A stretch of 29,066 nt of DNA, taken from IMG/VR virus record IMGVR_UViG_3300027653_000044, positions 1 to 29,066 of that record; one strand, 5' to 3'. Shown here one piece after another: positions 1 through 8,446 of this stretch (position 1 is the first letter of the stretch; each line of letters starts with the position of its first letter). A program made the position numbers and the translations under genes. The notes below the pieces were generated by a model, which saw only the letters and a program-made list of their open reading frames with translations, searched no databases and was not told the origin of the DNA. This DNA is from a virus (Duplodnaviria > Caudoviricetes).

Positions 1-2129
1 GGCCATCTGTGTCTGAGAGACGTCAGCAAACCCAGGGCACCGGCACGGTGTTTGGTGATGCGGAGGCTAAATCCGAGTCGATCTTAAAAGCCACCGAAAT
101 CACAGCCGATGCTACACAGCAACTGGTGGGCATAAACCGGGGGATGCTAAATGCACTGCACATGATGCAGAGTGGTATAGACAGCGTATCCTCTGGCCTG
201 GCTCGCCAGGAATTCGGCCGTGATTCTGAGTTGCTGTCCGGTATGGCCTTTGGCTACAGCGCTGTCCATAGCCGCAACATTTTCAATAGCGGCAGCGCTG
301 CCTATATCCGCCTCCTTCAAGATCAGGGTATAGAGCTTATTGGCGGATCGTTTGCCGCGATCATTGACGGGTCTATAGCGTTCGCGCAAGAGTACGCCGA
401 GGTACCCGAACAATGGAAGCATCATGGTGTTACCATTCGCGAACGGGTGAACACCTACACTCAGGAGCTTAGCCAAGAGGTCAATGAGGGCATATTGTCG
501 GTATTCGTCGGCATGGCCGATTCGGTGTCGGCTGCCGCAGAGATTCTTGGCGTTAGTTCCAGCGAGATAGAGCGTCGATTCAGAGAGTTTAACGTTGCCG
601 CCCAGTTAATCAGCCTGACCGATCTTGATGCCGACGAGCGTCAAGACGAGATCGCAGCGGTGTTCTCCAGCATCTTTGACAACCTCGCCGCCGCCGTGGT
701 GCCCTACGTTGAGGAGTTCGCGCAAATTGGTGAGGGCTACGCCGAGACGCTGACCCGTATTGCTACCGAGGTTCAGGTTGCCGAACACGCCGTAGAGATG
801 CTTGGGCTTCGGTTCAGCAAGCTATCGGGTCGGCATCTGGTGGAGGCTTCGAGCCGATTAATTGAGCTTGGTGGCGGGCTGGATGAATTTATCTCTAACA
901 TGCAGTCATTCACCGGGCGCTTTGCGAGCGAGGCAGAGCAATTCCGGCTGAATGCACAGAACCTTGAGCGCGGCATGGGCGCATTGCCGCTGCCGCAGAC
1001 CAGAGACGGGTTCTGGCAGCTCATGCAAGCCCAGGACGCGGCAACGGAAGCGGGCGCCCGAAATATCGCCACGCTTCTGCGGTTGCAGGGCATAGCCGAC
1101 CAGTATTACAACCATCTGGAATCACAGCAGCGCGACCTTGAGAGGGTTACAGATGCCTCCCTGTCCGAGTTGCGGCGCATTGTTGATCGTGACATGGATC
1201 GAGTTCGGGAGGCTTACCAGAGCGCCCAACAGGCGATCCAGGATGAGGCGCAAGAGCGCTTGGCCGCCAACCGTGCGGCCATTTCTGCTGCCCAAGCTCT
1301 GGCCGCAGGGATTGAGTCAGAGCTGAACTCAGTTGGTCGAGCTCTGTCCAGCCTGATCGGCGGCACTATATCGCAAGAGACTCGACGCCAATCGGCTGTA
1401 CAGCGTCTAGTCCGAGCGGTATCAGTGGGCGACTTTACCGGCGCGGGAGACGCAGCACAGATAGCCGCTGGCATCAATGCGGACAGTTTTGAATCTGCCT
1501 CTGATTTCCGAGTTGAGCAGGCACGAACAATCGCCCTGCTTACTCGCGTTCAGCGCGGCGCAGATCAGCAGCTATCCGAGGCGCAGCTACAGTTGCAATC
1601 GATAGAGGCGCAGACCAGCGTCATTGAGGCGAGCCGAGACGCGCAGCTTGGCGCCGCACAGATGCAGCACGACCGCGAGATTGAGCGGTTGGATAAAATA
1701 TACGATCAGGCCGAGGATAGCCTAAACGCGCTGCGTGGGATTAACGATGGGGTGCAAACGCTGAATGAGGCGCTAGGAGATTTTTATTCAGCCATCCAAG
1801 GCGAGCGCGGCGATTGGTATGCCGGCATGGGCGGCCGTGCCGACCATCGGAATTTCCCAAGGTTTGCCAACGGTGGGACACATGCAGGCGGCCTAAGAAT
1901 TGTGGGCGAACGTGGCCCAGAGATCGAGGCCACCGGGCCGTCCCGCGTCATGAACAACAAGGATCTGATGTCGGCGCTAGGTAATAATGAGCGATTAATC
2001 AACGAGGTGCGTCAGTTGCGGCAGGATATACAGCGCGGCAATTTCGCCATAGCCAAAAACACACAGAAGACGTACCGACAGCTTGAGCGCTGGGAAGTTG
2101 ACGGACTGCCGGGGGAGCGTGTGCTGTGA
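1..2129 (+). CDS. Tail tape measure protein, C-terminal part (5' end lies outside the window)
   Basis: The frame is open from the window edge. Long Ala/Gln/Glu-rich helical sequence; C-terminal motif FANGGTHAGGLRIVGERGPE is typical of siphovirus TMP C-termini; directly precedes tail genes. Confidence 0.85.
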   Translation, partial: PSVSERRQQTQGTGTVFGDAEAKSESILKATEITADATQQLVGINRGMLNALHMMQSGIDSVSSGLARQEFGRDSELLSGMAFGYSAVHSRNIFNSGSAAYIRLLQDQGIELIGGSFAAIIDGSIAFAQEYAEVPEQWKHHGVTIRERVNTYTQELSQEVNEGILSVFVGMADSVSAAAEILGVSSSEIERRFREFNVAAQLISLTDLDADERQDEIAAVFSSIFDNLAAAVVPYVEEFAQIGEGYAETLTRIATEVQVAEHAVEMLGLRFSKLSGRHLVEASSRLIELGGGLDEFISNMQSFTGRFASEAEQFRLNAQNLERGMGALPLPQTRDGFWQLMQAQDAATEAGARNIATLLRLQGIADQYYNHLESQQRDLERVTDASLSELRRIVDRDMDRVREAYQSAQQAIQDEAQERLAANRAAISAAQALAAGIESELNSVGRALSSLIGGTISQETRRQSAVQRLVRAVSVGDFTGAGDAAQIAAGINADSFESASDFRVEQARTIALLTRVQRGADQQLSEAQLQLQSIEAQTSVIEASRDAQLGAAQMQHDREIERLDKIYDQAEDSLNALRGINDGVQTLNEALGDFYSAIQGERGDWYAGMGGRADHRNFPRFANGGTHAGGLRIVGERGPEIEATGPSRVMNNKDLMSALGNNERLINEVRQLRQDIQRGNFAIAKNTQKTYRQLERWEVDGLPGERVL

Positions 2130-4060
2130 AAATAATCCGGCCAATTGAAATAACCGATGGAATGATTGATAGCAACACGGCTTTTCCTGAGGACATTGCG
2201 GAGTGGGAGTCGGCGGGGGTTGCTGTTGAGCCGTCCATAGAGGGTGTGAATTCTCCTATCTCGGACATGCTTTTCTATTCGACACCCACTGGCGATGTTC
2301 TGGCGTACCAATATTATGATGGCTCGCGGTCTTGGCTGAAGGCCAGAGATTGGCAGACCGGACAAATTAGGGTGGTGAGCCAAACTTCAAACTTCCCTCT
2401 GGGGCTAGCTGTGAGGGCAGACTACCGATACCTAGCTGGGTCCTATGATAACCAGATAGAAATATTCGATGCACAGCACGGCGAAAGGGTAGGGTCTGTT
2501 TCGCTCGGCGAGATAGGTGGTGGTTGGTACATTTTGTACGGTGCAAGCACCCAAGTCTTTTGGAGGTCAGGGGAAAGCCTTTTGGTTTCGTCTGGACCGT
2601 TCTTTAACTCTATGGACAGGCGGCAGAGGCTATTTTTTGTTGCCAACAACTTCATTAGCGGATCGCCCGTATATACGCAGATACACGATCCCGGAACCTC
2701 TTACTCGGACGACGTTATCACCCACATTCTCGACTACAACGGTTCAAACCGGTACATCTACGGCATAAACCAGAAGTTAGTCGTTTACAATATGACTTCT
2801 TCGAGCGTTGAAGCCGAGATAGACCTTGATATTCTGAATGTCAATTTCCTAGTAGATGCAAAATTCAACGACGACGAAACCGCGATCTACTTCACAGTTC
2901 GCTCAGGCGGAGGCATTGCTCGCGGACTGTATAAAGCAAGCGGAGCAAACTACCAAACTGTAACCCCGATCATCAGCCCGGTTGGCCAGCCATCGGAGCC
3001 GGGGAGGATACAGCTATCAAATGACGGGACCATGCTGTCATTGGCTGGCGGGTTTTCAAGCCACATCCTTGACACTGCCACCGACTCGTTAGTGAGCGGA
3101 ACAAGCCGTGCAGATTTTGGTACAAGCAACTCCAGCGTTGTTATTCCGTGGTCACCCGACGATGAACGCATAGCCGTAGTTCCAGCACAGCCGAACGACC
3201 TTGGCATGTTCAACTTCCGCACTGTGGGAAGTTGGGATTTAGTCACCGCCGATGCGTCGGACTATCGTGCGGGCGACCGCGTTATTCAGGGGCGCATTGT
3301 TTACGAGGCGCTGATTGACGAACCTACTACGGCGCCATCAACCGGCGCTGATGCAGACCCACCCCAGTGGGTGCAGGTGCGTTACGCGAACCAGTGGAGG
3401 GCATTCGACGGATCTAGCGCAGAGGGATCAGAAGGTGACCCGGTAGAAATACAGATAACACCAGGGCAGGCCGTTACTGGTGTCGCCGTTCTTGGAGCGA
3501 GGGCGCAGTCAATTCGGGTGGTCGTTGAGGCTGATGAAAACGGTGTTGTTTACGATAGCGGCGAGGAGTCGCTATTGAGCAACGTCACAGTAAACGATTG
3601 GTTTTCGTATTTTTTCGAGCCCTATACGTACACAGAGGATAGGGCTTTTCTTGATCTTCCGAGCTACACCGATGCGACTGTAACCGTTACCGTGAGCAAT
3701 AACGGCGAGACGGCAATTCTTGGTGAGCTTGTCATGGGCTCTGTGCTCCAGATTGGCGATGCGCAGTATGGGACCAGCGTAGGGATTATTGATTTTAGCC
3801 GGAAAGAGACGGACCAGTTTGGCAACTACTCGGTGGTAGAGCGCCCATTCTCTAAGAGGGCGGAGTATGACGTCGCGATACCTTCGGGGCAAACAGGCGC
3901 ATTCCAGATTGAGCTTGCTAAGCGACGTACAACACCCATGGTCTGGATTGGCGACGAAAACAAATCTGAAACGATTGTATTTGGTTTTTACCGGGACTTT
4001 GACATTGTGCTAGATAACCCGGCGTTATCACTCGGCACGATCACAGTAGAGGGTTTATAA
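2126..4060 (+). CDS. Tail protein with carbohydrate-binding-like module and inserted beta-propeller-like domain
   Basis: GTGA overlap with the TMP stop. N-terminus MKIIRPIEITD and C-terminal half (YRAGDRVI..VYEAL, NQWRAFD, IIDFSRKETDQFG, VFGFYRDF..L..EGL) resemble a common post-TMP tail protein; the middle ~345 aa has propeller-blade-like repeats. Confidence 0.75.
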   Translation: MKIIRPIEITDGMIDSNTAFPEDIAEWESAGVAVEPSIEGVNSPISDMLFYSTPTGDVLAYQYYDGSRSWLKARDWQTGQIRVVSQTSNFPLGLAVRADYRYLAGSYDNQIEIFDAQHGERVGSVSLGEIGGGWYILYGASTQVFWRSGESLLVSSGPFFNSMDRRQRLFFVANNFISGSPVYTQIHDPGTSYSDDVITHILDYNGSNRYIYGINQKLVVYNMTSSSVEAEIDLDILNVNFLVDAKFNDDETAIYFTVRSGGGIARGLYKASGANYQTVTPIISPVGQPSEPGRIQLSNDGTMLSLAGGFSSHILDTATDSLVSGTSRADFGTSNSSVVIPWSPDDERIAVVPAQPNDLGMFNFRTVGSWDLVTADASDYRAGDRVIQGRIVYEALIDEPTTAPSTGADADPPQWVQVRYANQWRAFDGSSAEGSEGDPVEIQITPGQAVTGVAVLGARAQSIRVVVEADENGVVYDSGEESLLSNVTVNDWFSYFFEPYTYTEDRAFLDLPSYTDATVTVTVSNNGETAILGELVMGSVLQIGDAQYGTSVGIIDFSRKETDQFGNYSVVERPFSKRAEYDVAIPSGQTGAFQIELAKRRTTPMVWIGDENKSETIVFGFYRDFDIVLDNPALSLGTITVEGL

Positions 4061-4061
4061 G

Positions 4062-5684
4062 ATGGCAGCACCACAATCGACACCGTTACCGGAAGCTCCT
4101 ACGCGGGGCGAGGCAGAGGGCCAGTTTGTACCCAAGGCGAATGCTTTTGTCGGGGCGCTTGAGCCGTTCCGTAAGCAATTGCAGGCGCAGGCTGACTATG
4201 TAAACACTCGAACCACGCAGCTTGAGCAGGCCGCCACACGGGCAGAAAACGCCGAGTCTGGCGCACTAGATGCCGAAGCGACAAGCGCGGCGAACGCAAA
4301 TTTTGCGGGCAACTGGTCGAGCCTGTCGGGGTCTTACTCGGTGCCGACAAGCGTATTTCATGACGGCTACTTTTGGGCGCTCGTACAAAATGTTTCCGAT
4401 GTTTCTGACTACGAGCCGGGAGCATCGAGCGCATGGGTGATTATCCAGCGAGCTTTTCGTGAGCTATCCGTAGAACCCACCCTATCCTCAAACTTCCGCA
4501 CCGGCGAACACAAACTCTACGGCGTGCAGGATGGCTACAAATCCCGAGACTTCGCTGATATTTGGGACGTTACCCGAGCCAGCAGCGAGACCGTGCTAAC
4601 CCCTGCCGGGCGAATTGCTACTGTTGACCCCGACACATTGCCGCTGACGTATGTACCGGAGACTGGGGGGTTGGGGGCGCAGATTACTGGGGAGGTGACG
4701 AATTTGCTGTTGTGGAGTGAGGATTTTACGCAGAATGAGTGGTCAAAGGTTAATGGTACGACCATTGGGGTTAACGCGGTAACTGCACCCGATGGATCGG
4801 CTAACGGATCAAAGTTGGTAGAGGGCACAGGCAGCAACTTTTTCTCAGTTCAGCAGACAGTATCGAGTTCGGCAGAACTGAGAAACTTTTCCATTTTCTT
4901 AAAATCCGCCGAGCGCTCGCAAGCAGAAATCAGAGGTTTCAGTCCAAACCTAATTATTGAGGTTGACATAGAAGCGCAAAGCATAATTTCGGGGAATGCG
5001 AGAATTGTCACGCTCAAAAATGGCTGGGTCAGAGTGGATGTTACTATTGATGATGAAGCCATTACCAGCTATCGCATAGGGCCTATGGTCAACGGAGAAA
5101 GAGTTTACGAGGGTGATGGCAGCAGCGGGATATATATATGGGGCGCGCAATTGACCCATGGAATCATTTCTCGCCCTTACCAGAAAACCGAAGCCTCAAC
5201 CGTCACAAAACCCGCAACAAATGTCTTGAGGGAGTTGGGTAGCGAATTTAATAAAAACGATTTTTCCCTTTTGTTAGATTTTAACATCTTGGATTTTGCT
5301 AACACTGGCGTAACGACTCGGAGATATTTCAGCATCGATGACAATACGACAAACGCCAACCGAATTAGTGTTGCCATTCAGAGCAATAATAACTGGGCTA
5401 TTTTCTACGGTGTAGATGGTGGTTTTACTAATATTTCAGGCGCTCAGCCATCTGCCGTTGACGGCAGGAATCGAGTTGCACTCAAGAGAGTGGGTCGCAC
5501 TGTAACGGCTTTCGCTAACGGTGTTCTTCTCGGCTCTGCGACAAACCCGGATGATTTTAATATACCCCTATTCCTGCAAGTCGGCAAAGAGGGTAACAGT
5601 CGAGGCCTTGCGACGTTTAATGAAATAAGTCTACCAGCGAAAGCGCTACCAGACGCCGAACTAATCGAATGGACAAGAGGCTAA
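4062..5684 (+). CDS. Tail fibre / receptor-binding protein (N-terminal anchor, spike-fibre-like domain, LamG/concanavalin-like C-terminus)
   Basis: N-terminal TPLPEAPTRG..F..KANAF anchor motif; TNLLLWSEDF...GDGSSGIYIWGAQL motif of phage spike/fibre domains; beta-rich C-terminus; position at the end of the tail cluster. Confidence 0.75.
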   Translation: MAAPQSTPLPEAPTRGEAEGQFVPKANAFVGALEPFRKQLQAQADYVNTRTTQLEQAATRAENAESGALDAEATSAANANFAGNWSSLSGSYSVPTSVFHDGYFWALVQNVSDVSDYEPGASSAWVIIQRAFRELSVEPTLSSNFRTGEHKLYGVQDGYKSRDFADIWDVTRASSETVLTPAGRIATVDPDTLPLTYVPETGGLGAQITGEVTNLLLWSEDFTQNEWSKVNGTTIGVNAVTAPDGSANGSKLVEGTGSNFFSVQQTVSSSAELRNFSIFLKSAERSQAEIRGFSPNLIIEVDIEAQSIISGNARIVTLKNGWVRVDVTIDDEAITSYRIGPMVNGERVYEGDGSSGIYIWGAQLTHGIISRPYQKTEASTVTKPATNVLRELGSEFNKNDFSLLLDFNILDFANTGVTTRRYFSIDDNTTNANRISVAIQSNNNWAIFYGVDGGFTNISGAQPSAVDGRNRVALKRVGRTVTAFANGVLLGSATNPDDFNIPLFLQVGKEGNSRGLATFNEISLPAKALPDAELIEWTRG

Positions 5685-5688
5685 CCCC

Positions 5689-5940
5689 ATGAACCAATAC
5701 AACATCATCGGCAAAATCACTCGCATCACAGGATACGACGAAGCGACCGATACGCATACCGTGGAAGAGCTTGAGGGCTACCACGTCAACACGCTTGAGC
5801 CTGTGCCTGAGTGGGAGCAGTACCGAGTTTACCCGGAGACTCCCTACAACATTTGGGCGCCGCCTGCTGATACGGTTTTCTATCGGTTCGACAACGAACA
5901 GCAATACAAAGCTGAGGCTGAAGCGCTGGGGCTGCTGTAG
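5689..5940 (+). CDS. Small tail-fibre-associated protein
   Basis: 4 nt after the fibre gene; motif EGYHVN...V.PETP resembles small proteins seen downstream of fibre genes. Confidence 0.55.
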   Translation: MNQYNIIGKITRITGYDEATDTHTVEELEGYHVNTLEPVPEWEQYRVYPETPYNIWAPPADTVFYRFDNEQQYKAEAEALGLL

Positions 5941-5987
5941 CGCTACCCAACCCACAATACAGCATGTAAAATGAGGTTTGCGACGAC

Positions 5988-6293
5988 ATGAAAACGGGCG
6001 ATCCAGAGATGAGTGAAGACCAAATCAAGGCGCTGTGGGCGCGAACAGACGAGCACGGCAGGCTGATTACCGACCTCACGATTGAGCAGCGCACACAAGC
6101 CGCGTCGATCATCGAGCAGGGTAAGCGCTTCGAGCAGTTCCTAAAAGACCAAGAGCGGTCTCGGGCAGAAATTTTGGAGGCTATACGCGGCCACCACCAG
6201 CGCGAAGGGGTGAAGGACTTTTTCAAGATCTCCGCCCCATGGGTGGCCGCCTCTATAGCTTTTGTCGCTTTGCTTTGGAGTATGGCGCGATGA
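5988..6293 (+). CDS. Membrane protein, putative holin/XhlA-like (coiled coil plus one C-terminal TM)
   Basis: Hydrophobic C-terminal segment APWVAASIAFVALLWSM; ATGA-coupled to the endolysin; possible second start at 6009. Confidence 0.55.
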   Translation: MKTGDPEMSEDQIKALWARTDEHGRLITDLTIEQRTQAASIIEQGKRFEQFLKDQERSRAEILEAIRGHHQREGVKDFFKISAPWVAASIAFVALLWSMAR

Positions 6294-6703
6294 ATCCAAG
6301 GATGTTGCGCGGCCGCACTGACCCACCACCGGCGATCAACTGGGGGGACTATGACCATTTCTCAAAATCGGAATTTGATTGCCGGGAGACCGGAGAAAAC
6401 GCAATGCGTCCCGCGTTCGTGGATAAGCTGCAAGCTCTGCGTTACGAGTATGGCCGCCCCATGATTATTACCAGCGGTTATCGATCGCCCCGGCACAGCA
6501 TCGAGTCTGCGAAACCGCAGCCCGGCGCACACGCATCAGGGCAGGCCTGCGATATACGGGTAGGACCTGGTGAGGATGTGCACGACCTGGTAACTCTGGC
6601 GGTGCGCTTTGGGTTTACTGGCATCGGTATATCACAGCGCGCTGGACAGCCCCGATTTGTACATCTCGACACACTAAACCGAAAGGCAATCTGGAGCTAC
6701 TGA
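6290..6703 (+). CDS. Endolysin, peptidase M15A family (Zn D-Ala-D-Ala carboxypeptidase-like)
   Basis: Motifs HFS.SEFDC, ITSGYRSPRH, H..GQACDI, FVHLD. Start moved to ATG 6290 (ATGA overlap with the upstream stop); 137 aa. Confidence 0.9.
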   Translation: MNPRMLRGRTDPPPAINWGDYDHFSKSEFDCRETGENAMRPAFVDKLQALRYEYGRPMIITSGYRSPRHSIESAKPQPGAHASGQACDIRVGPGEDVHDLVTLAVRFGFTGIGISQRAGQPRFVHLDTLNRKAIWSY

Positions 6704-6704
6704 A

Positions 6705-7148
6705 ATGAAAAGTTTTATGAAGAGTATTCTGGTCGCACTGTTCGTGATTATCGCGTTTGTGGCCGTTTCCATGTTCTCTGGCTGCTCGACCCTTGAGCGC
6801 GCCATTGACGAGAACCCCGAAACGACGAAAGCTGCCGTGTATGTAGGCACCCTGAAATACATCGGGGAGAATTCCGACAAAGCCCAGCGTGTCGAGAATA
6901 CAGCTAGCGAAATCCTGTCCGGCCTGTCCGGAGGCACTACCATAGATCAACTGGATGGCCGCTTGCGCGCACTGATTCAGTGGGACCAGCTGGATATTGC
7001 GGACGCTATTTTACTGCACGCGCTACTAACCGAGTTACGCAGCACTATGATGGCGACTATTGGCGAGGGCCTACTGTCCCCGGACGATGCCGTCAGAATC
7101 GAGCGCGTGGCAGGCTGGGTGATCGACGCCGCGAGACTCGCTCAGTGA
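6705..7148 (+). CDS. Predicted lipoprotein in lysis cluster
   Basis: Basic N-terminus, hydrophobic stretch, lipobox FSG-C27, Ser at +2; mature part looks all-helical with no C-terminal TM. Confidence 0.75.
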   Translation: MKSFMKSILVALFVIIAFVAVSMFSGCSTLERAIDENPETTKAAVYVGTLKYIGENSDKAQRVENTASEILSGLSGGTTIDQLDGRLRALIQWDQLDIADAILLHALLTELRSTMMATIGEGLLSPDDAVRIERVAGWVIDAARLAQ

Positions 7149-7747
7149 TTCGGTTTGTCCACGGTTTTAATGTCCCCGACGGAGGCAAAAAAAGCCTCGG
7201 GCCTCTCGCAGACGAGTACGCCCGTCAACTGCGCGAGCGAACCGTGCTTTTTAAATGGGGGTGGTCCAGTCTGTTCTCCGTGCGGTTTCGAACTCGTGGC
7301 GCGGTTAGCCAGCTCATAGAGCGGCAGCGCATCGACCCGGCCCGAGTATGGGTTGGGCACTCTCACGGATGCCATATCATCTGCACGGCTTACCGAAGCT
7401 TGCCGGATGATGTTGAGCCGCCCGAGGCGCTAGTGCTGTTACAGCCTGCTATGCACACAGATTATAAATTGCCATTTGTGCCCACTCTAGTGCGCTATAA
7501 CCCGCACGACAATGCGGTCTGGTGGGGCAGGCAGTGGCGCAGGCTGAATCCTGTTTCATGGTTCTGGAGGCACCCATGGGGAGCGGCAGGCCGATACGGG
7601 TTTGAGGCTCCCCACCGACTGGCTCATCAGATAGATACGTCCGTTAAAACTCATGGCGCAAACGCGCACCGGGGCCACGGCGTTGGGCGTCCCCCGGAAT
7701 ACTGGGCGCATCATGACGCAAGCTGGATCAAAACTGTACTCGAATAG
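7145..7747 (+). CDS. Alpha/beta hydrolase (lipase/esterase-like, DUF900-type)
   Basis: GTGA overlap with the lipoprotein stop gives a 200-aa protein. Oxyanion motif FVHGFN, nucleophile elbow VGHSHG, strand ALVLLQPA, candidate Asp in YNPHD and His in RGHG. Confidence 0.85.
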   Translation: MIRFVHGFNVPDGGKKSLGPLADEYARQLRERTVLFKWGWSSLFSVRFRTRGAVSQLIERQRIDPARVWVGHSHGCHIICTAYRSLPDDVEPPEALVLLQPAMHTDYKLPFVPTLVRYNPHDNAVWWGRQWRRLNPVSWFWRHPWGAAGRYGFEAPHRLAHQIDTSVKTHGANAHRGHGVGRPPEYWAHHDASWIKTVLE

Positions 7748-8174
7748 CGGCAACAGGAATGCTGCCAAACATCGACAAAACCGGCTGCACCCGCCATCGA
7801 GTATAGACTAGCTCAGGGAGCAGAGCCGGGCACCATCGGGCAGGCTCTCCAGGTGGGTGGTATTCTCCAGAGTAACAGTGGCTGTATCCATACATCGCAC
7901 CGGCCATGATGTTTGCCTCTAGGTGTCCGCCTGACCATACATTAAACGTTTTTGCGATTACGTGGGTATCCTGATAGTAGGAGTTTTTGAACCTGCCAAC
8001 CATCAGCCCACGATACGTTACCGCGATCAATTCGTGACTGGTGTTTGGCTCCCAGCCATCTATCTGCCCCTCGTAAGTTCGACCCGGACTCCAGCCTCCC
8101 AGATGAACAGTAACGCCATCAGCGCTTGCTGACGAGCACACAAGCAACACTAAAAATCCCGCTAATACCCTCAT
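7728..8174 (-). CDS. Small outer-membrane beta-barrel protein, PagP-like
   Basis: ATG 8174 with AGGGG RBS; signal peptide ending ASA-D; amphipathic strands; motifs GGWS, GRFKNSY, GAMYGY; C-terminal VAAIRVQF ends in Phe (BAM signal). Confidence 0.65.
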   Translation of the reverse strand: MRVLAGFLVLLVCSSASADGVTVHLGGWSPGRTYEGQIDGWEPNTSHELIAVTYRGLMVGRFKNSYYQDTHVIAKTFNVWSGGHLEANIMAGAMYGYSHCYSGEYHPPGEPARWCPALLPELVYTRWRVQPVLSMFGSIPVAAIRVQF

Positions 8175-8205
8175 GACTAACCCCTTTTTGTTGGTTTGTT
8201 TGCCA

Positions 8206-8235
8206 ACAATAGCAGATTTCACAAGAATAAGTGAA
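8206..8235 (-). promoter_or_regulatory. Putative sigma70 promoter for the barrel gene
   Basis: Minus strand TTCACT-N18-TATTGT with TG extended -10, in an AT-rich gap downstream of a terminator. Confidence 0.45.
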
Positions 8236-8306
8236 TTCTTTTATACTGTTTAGATATAATTAAAGGATTATTTATAGGTTATCGTTATGGCACAGCATCT
8301 AGGGCG

Positions 8307-8329
8307 AAAAAACCCCGCACGAAGCGGGG
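8307..8329 (-). terminator. Rho-independent terminator ending the leftward accessory transcript / sRNA
   Basis: Minus strand CCCCGC-TTCGT-GCGGGG followed by TTTTTT. Confidence 0.85.
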
Positions 8330-8383
8330 AAAGGCGGCTGGCGGTGGTGCTTTGAGGGTAGGGGTCTTCGCCAGCCTCTGGGG
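8307..8383 (-). ncRNA. Candidate ~77-nt small RNA
   Basis: Perfect TATAAT at 8395-8390 (minus), 8-bp stem GGCTGGCG/CGCCAGCC with a C-rich 25-nt loop, then a terminator. No good -35. Confidence 0.4.
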
Positions 8384-8446
8384 ATTATCATTATAGTGCA
8401 GTCGGCTGGGTTATGGTAGTGACAAAACATGCAGTATTTGTCTCTC

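Noticed and set aside
4062-5684. Diversity-generating retroelement or invertible tail fibre system
   Set aside because: No reverse transcriptase, invertase, template repeat or inverted duplicate fibre segment seen in the window.
6980-7144. 5' extension of the hydrolase ORF as an embedded o-spanin (AGYC)
   Set aside because: No hydrophobic signal peptide before the Cys; the GTGA overlap at 7145 puts the HGF motif at the N-terminus as expected.
6705-7148. Unimolecular spanin
   Set aside because: T1 gp11-type u-spanins need a C-terminal TM segment, and none is present.
8244-8263. LexA SOS boxes (also at 20340 and 23380)
   Set aside because: Only the CTGT half-site is present; no CAG at the CTG-N10-CAG spacing.
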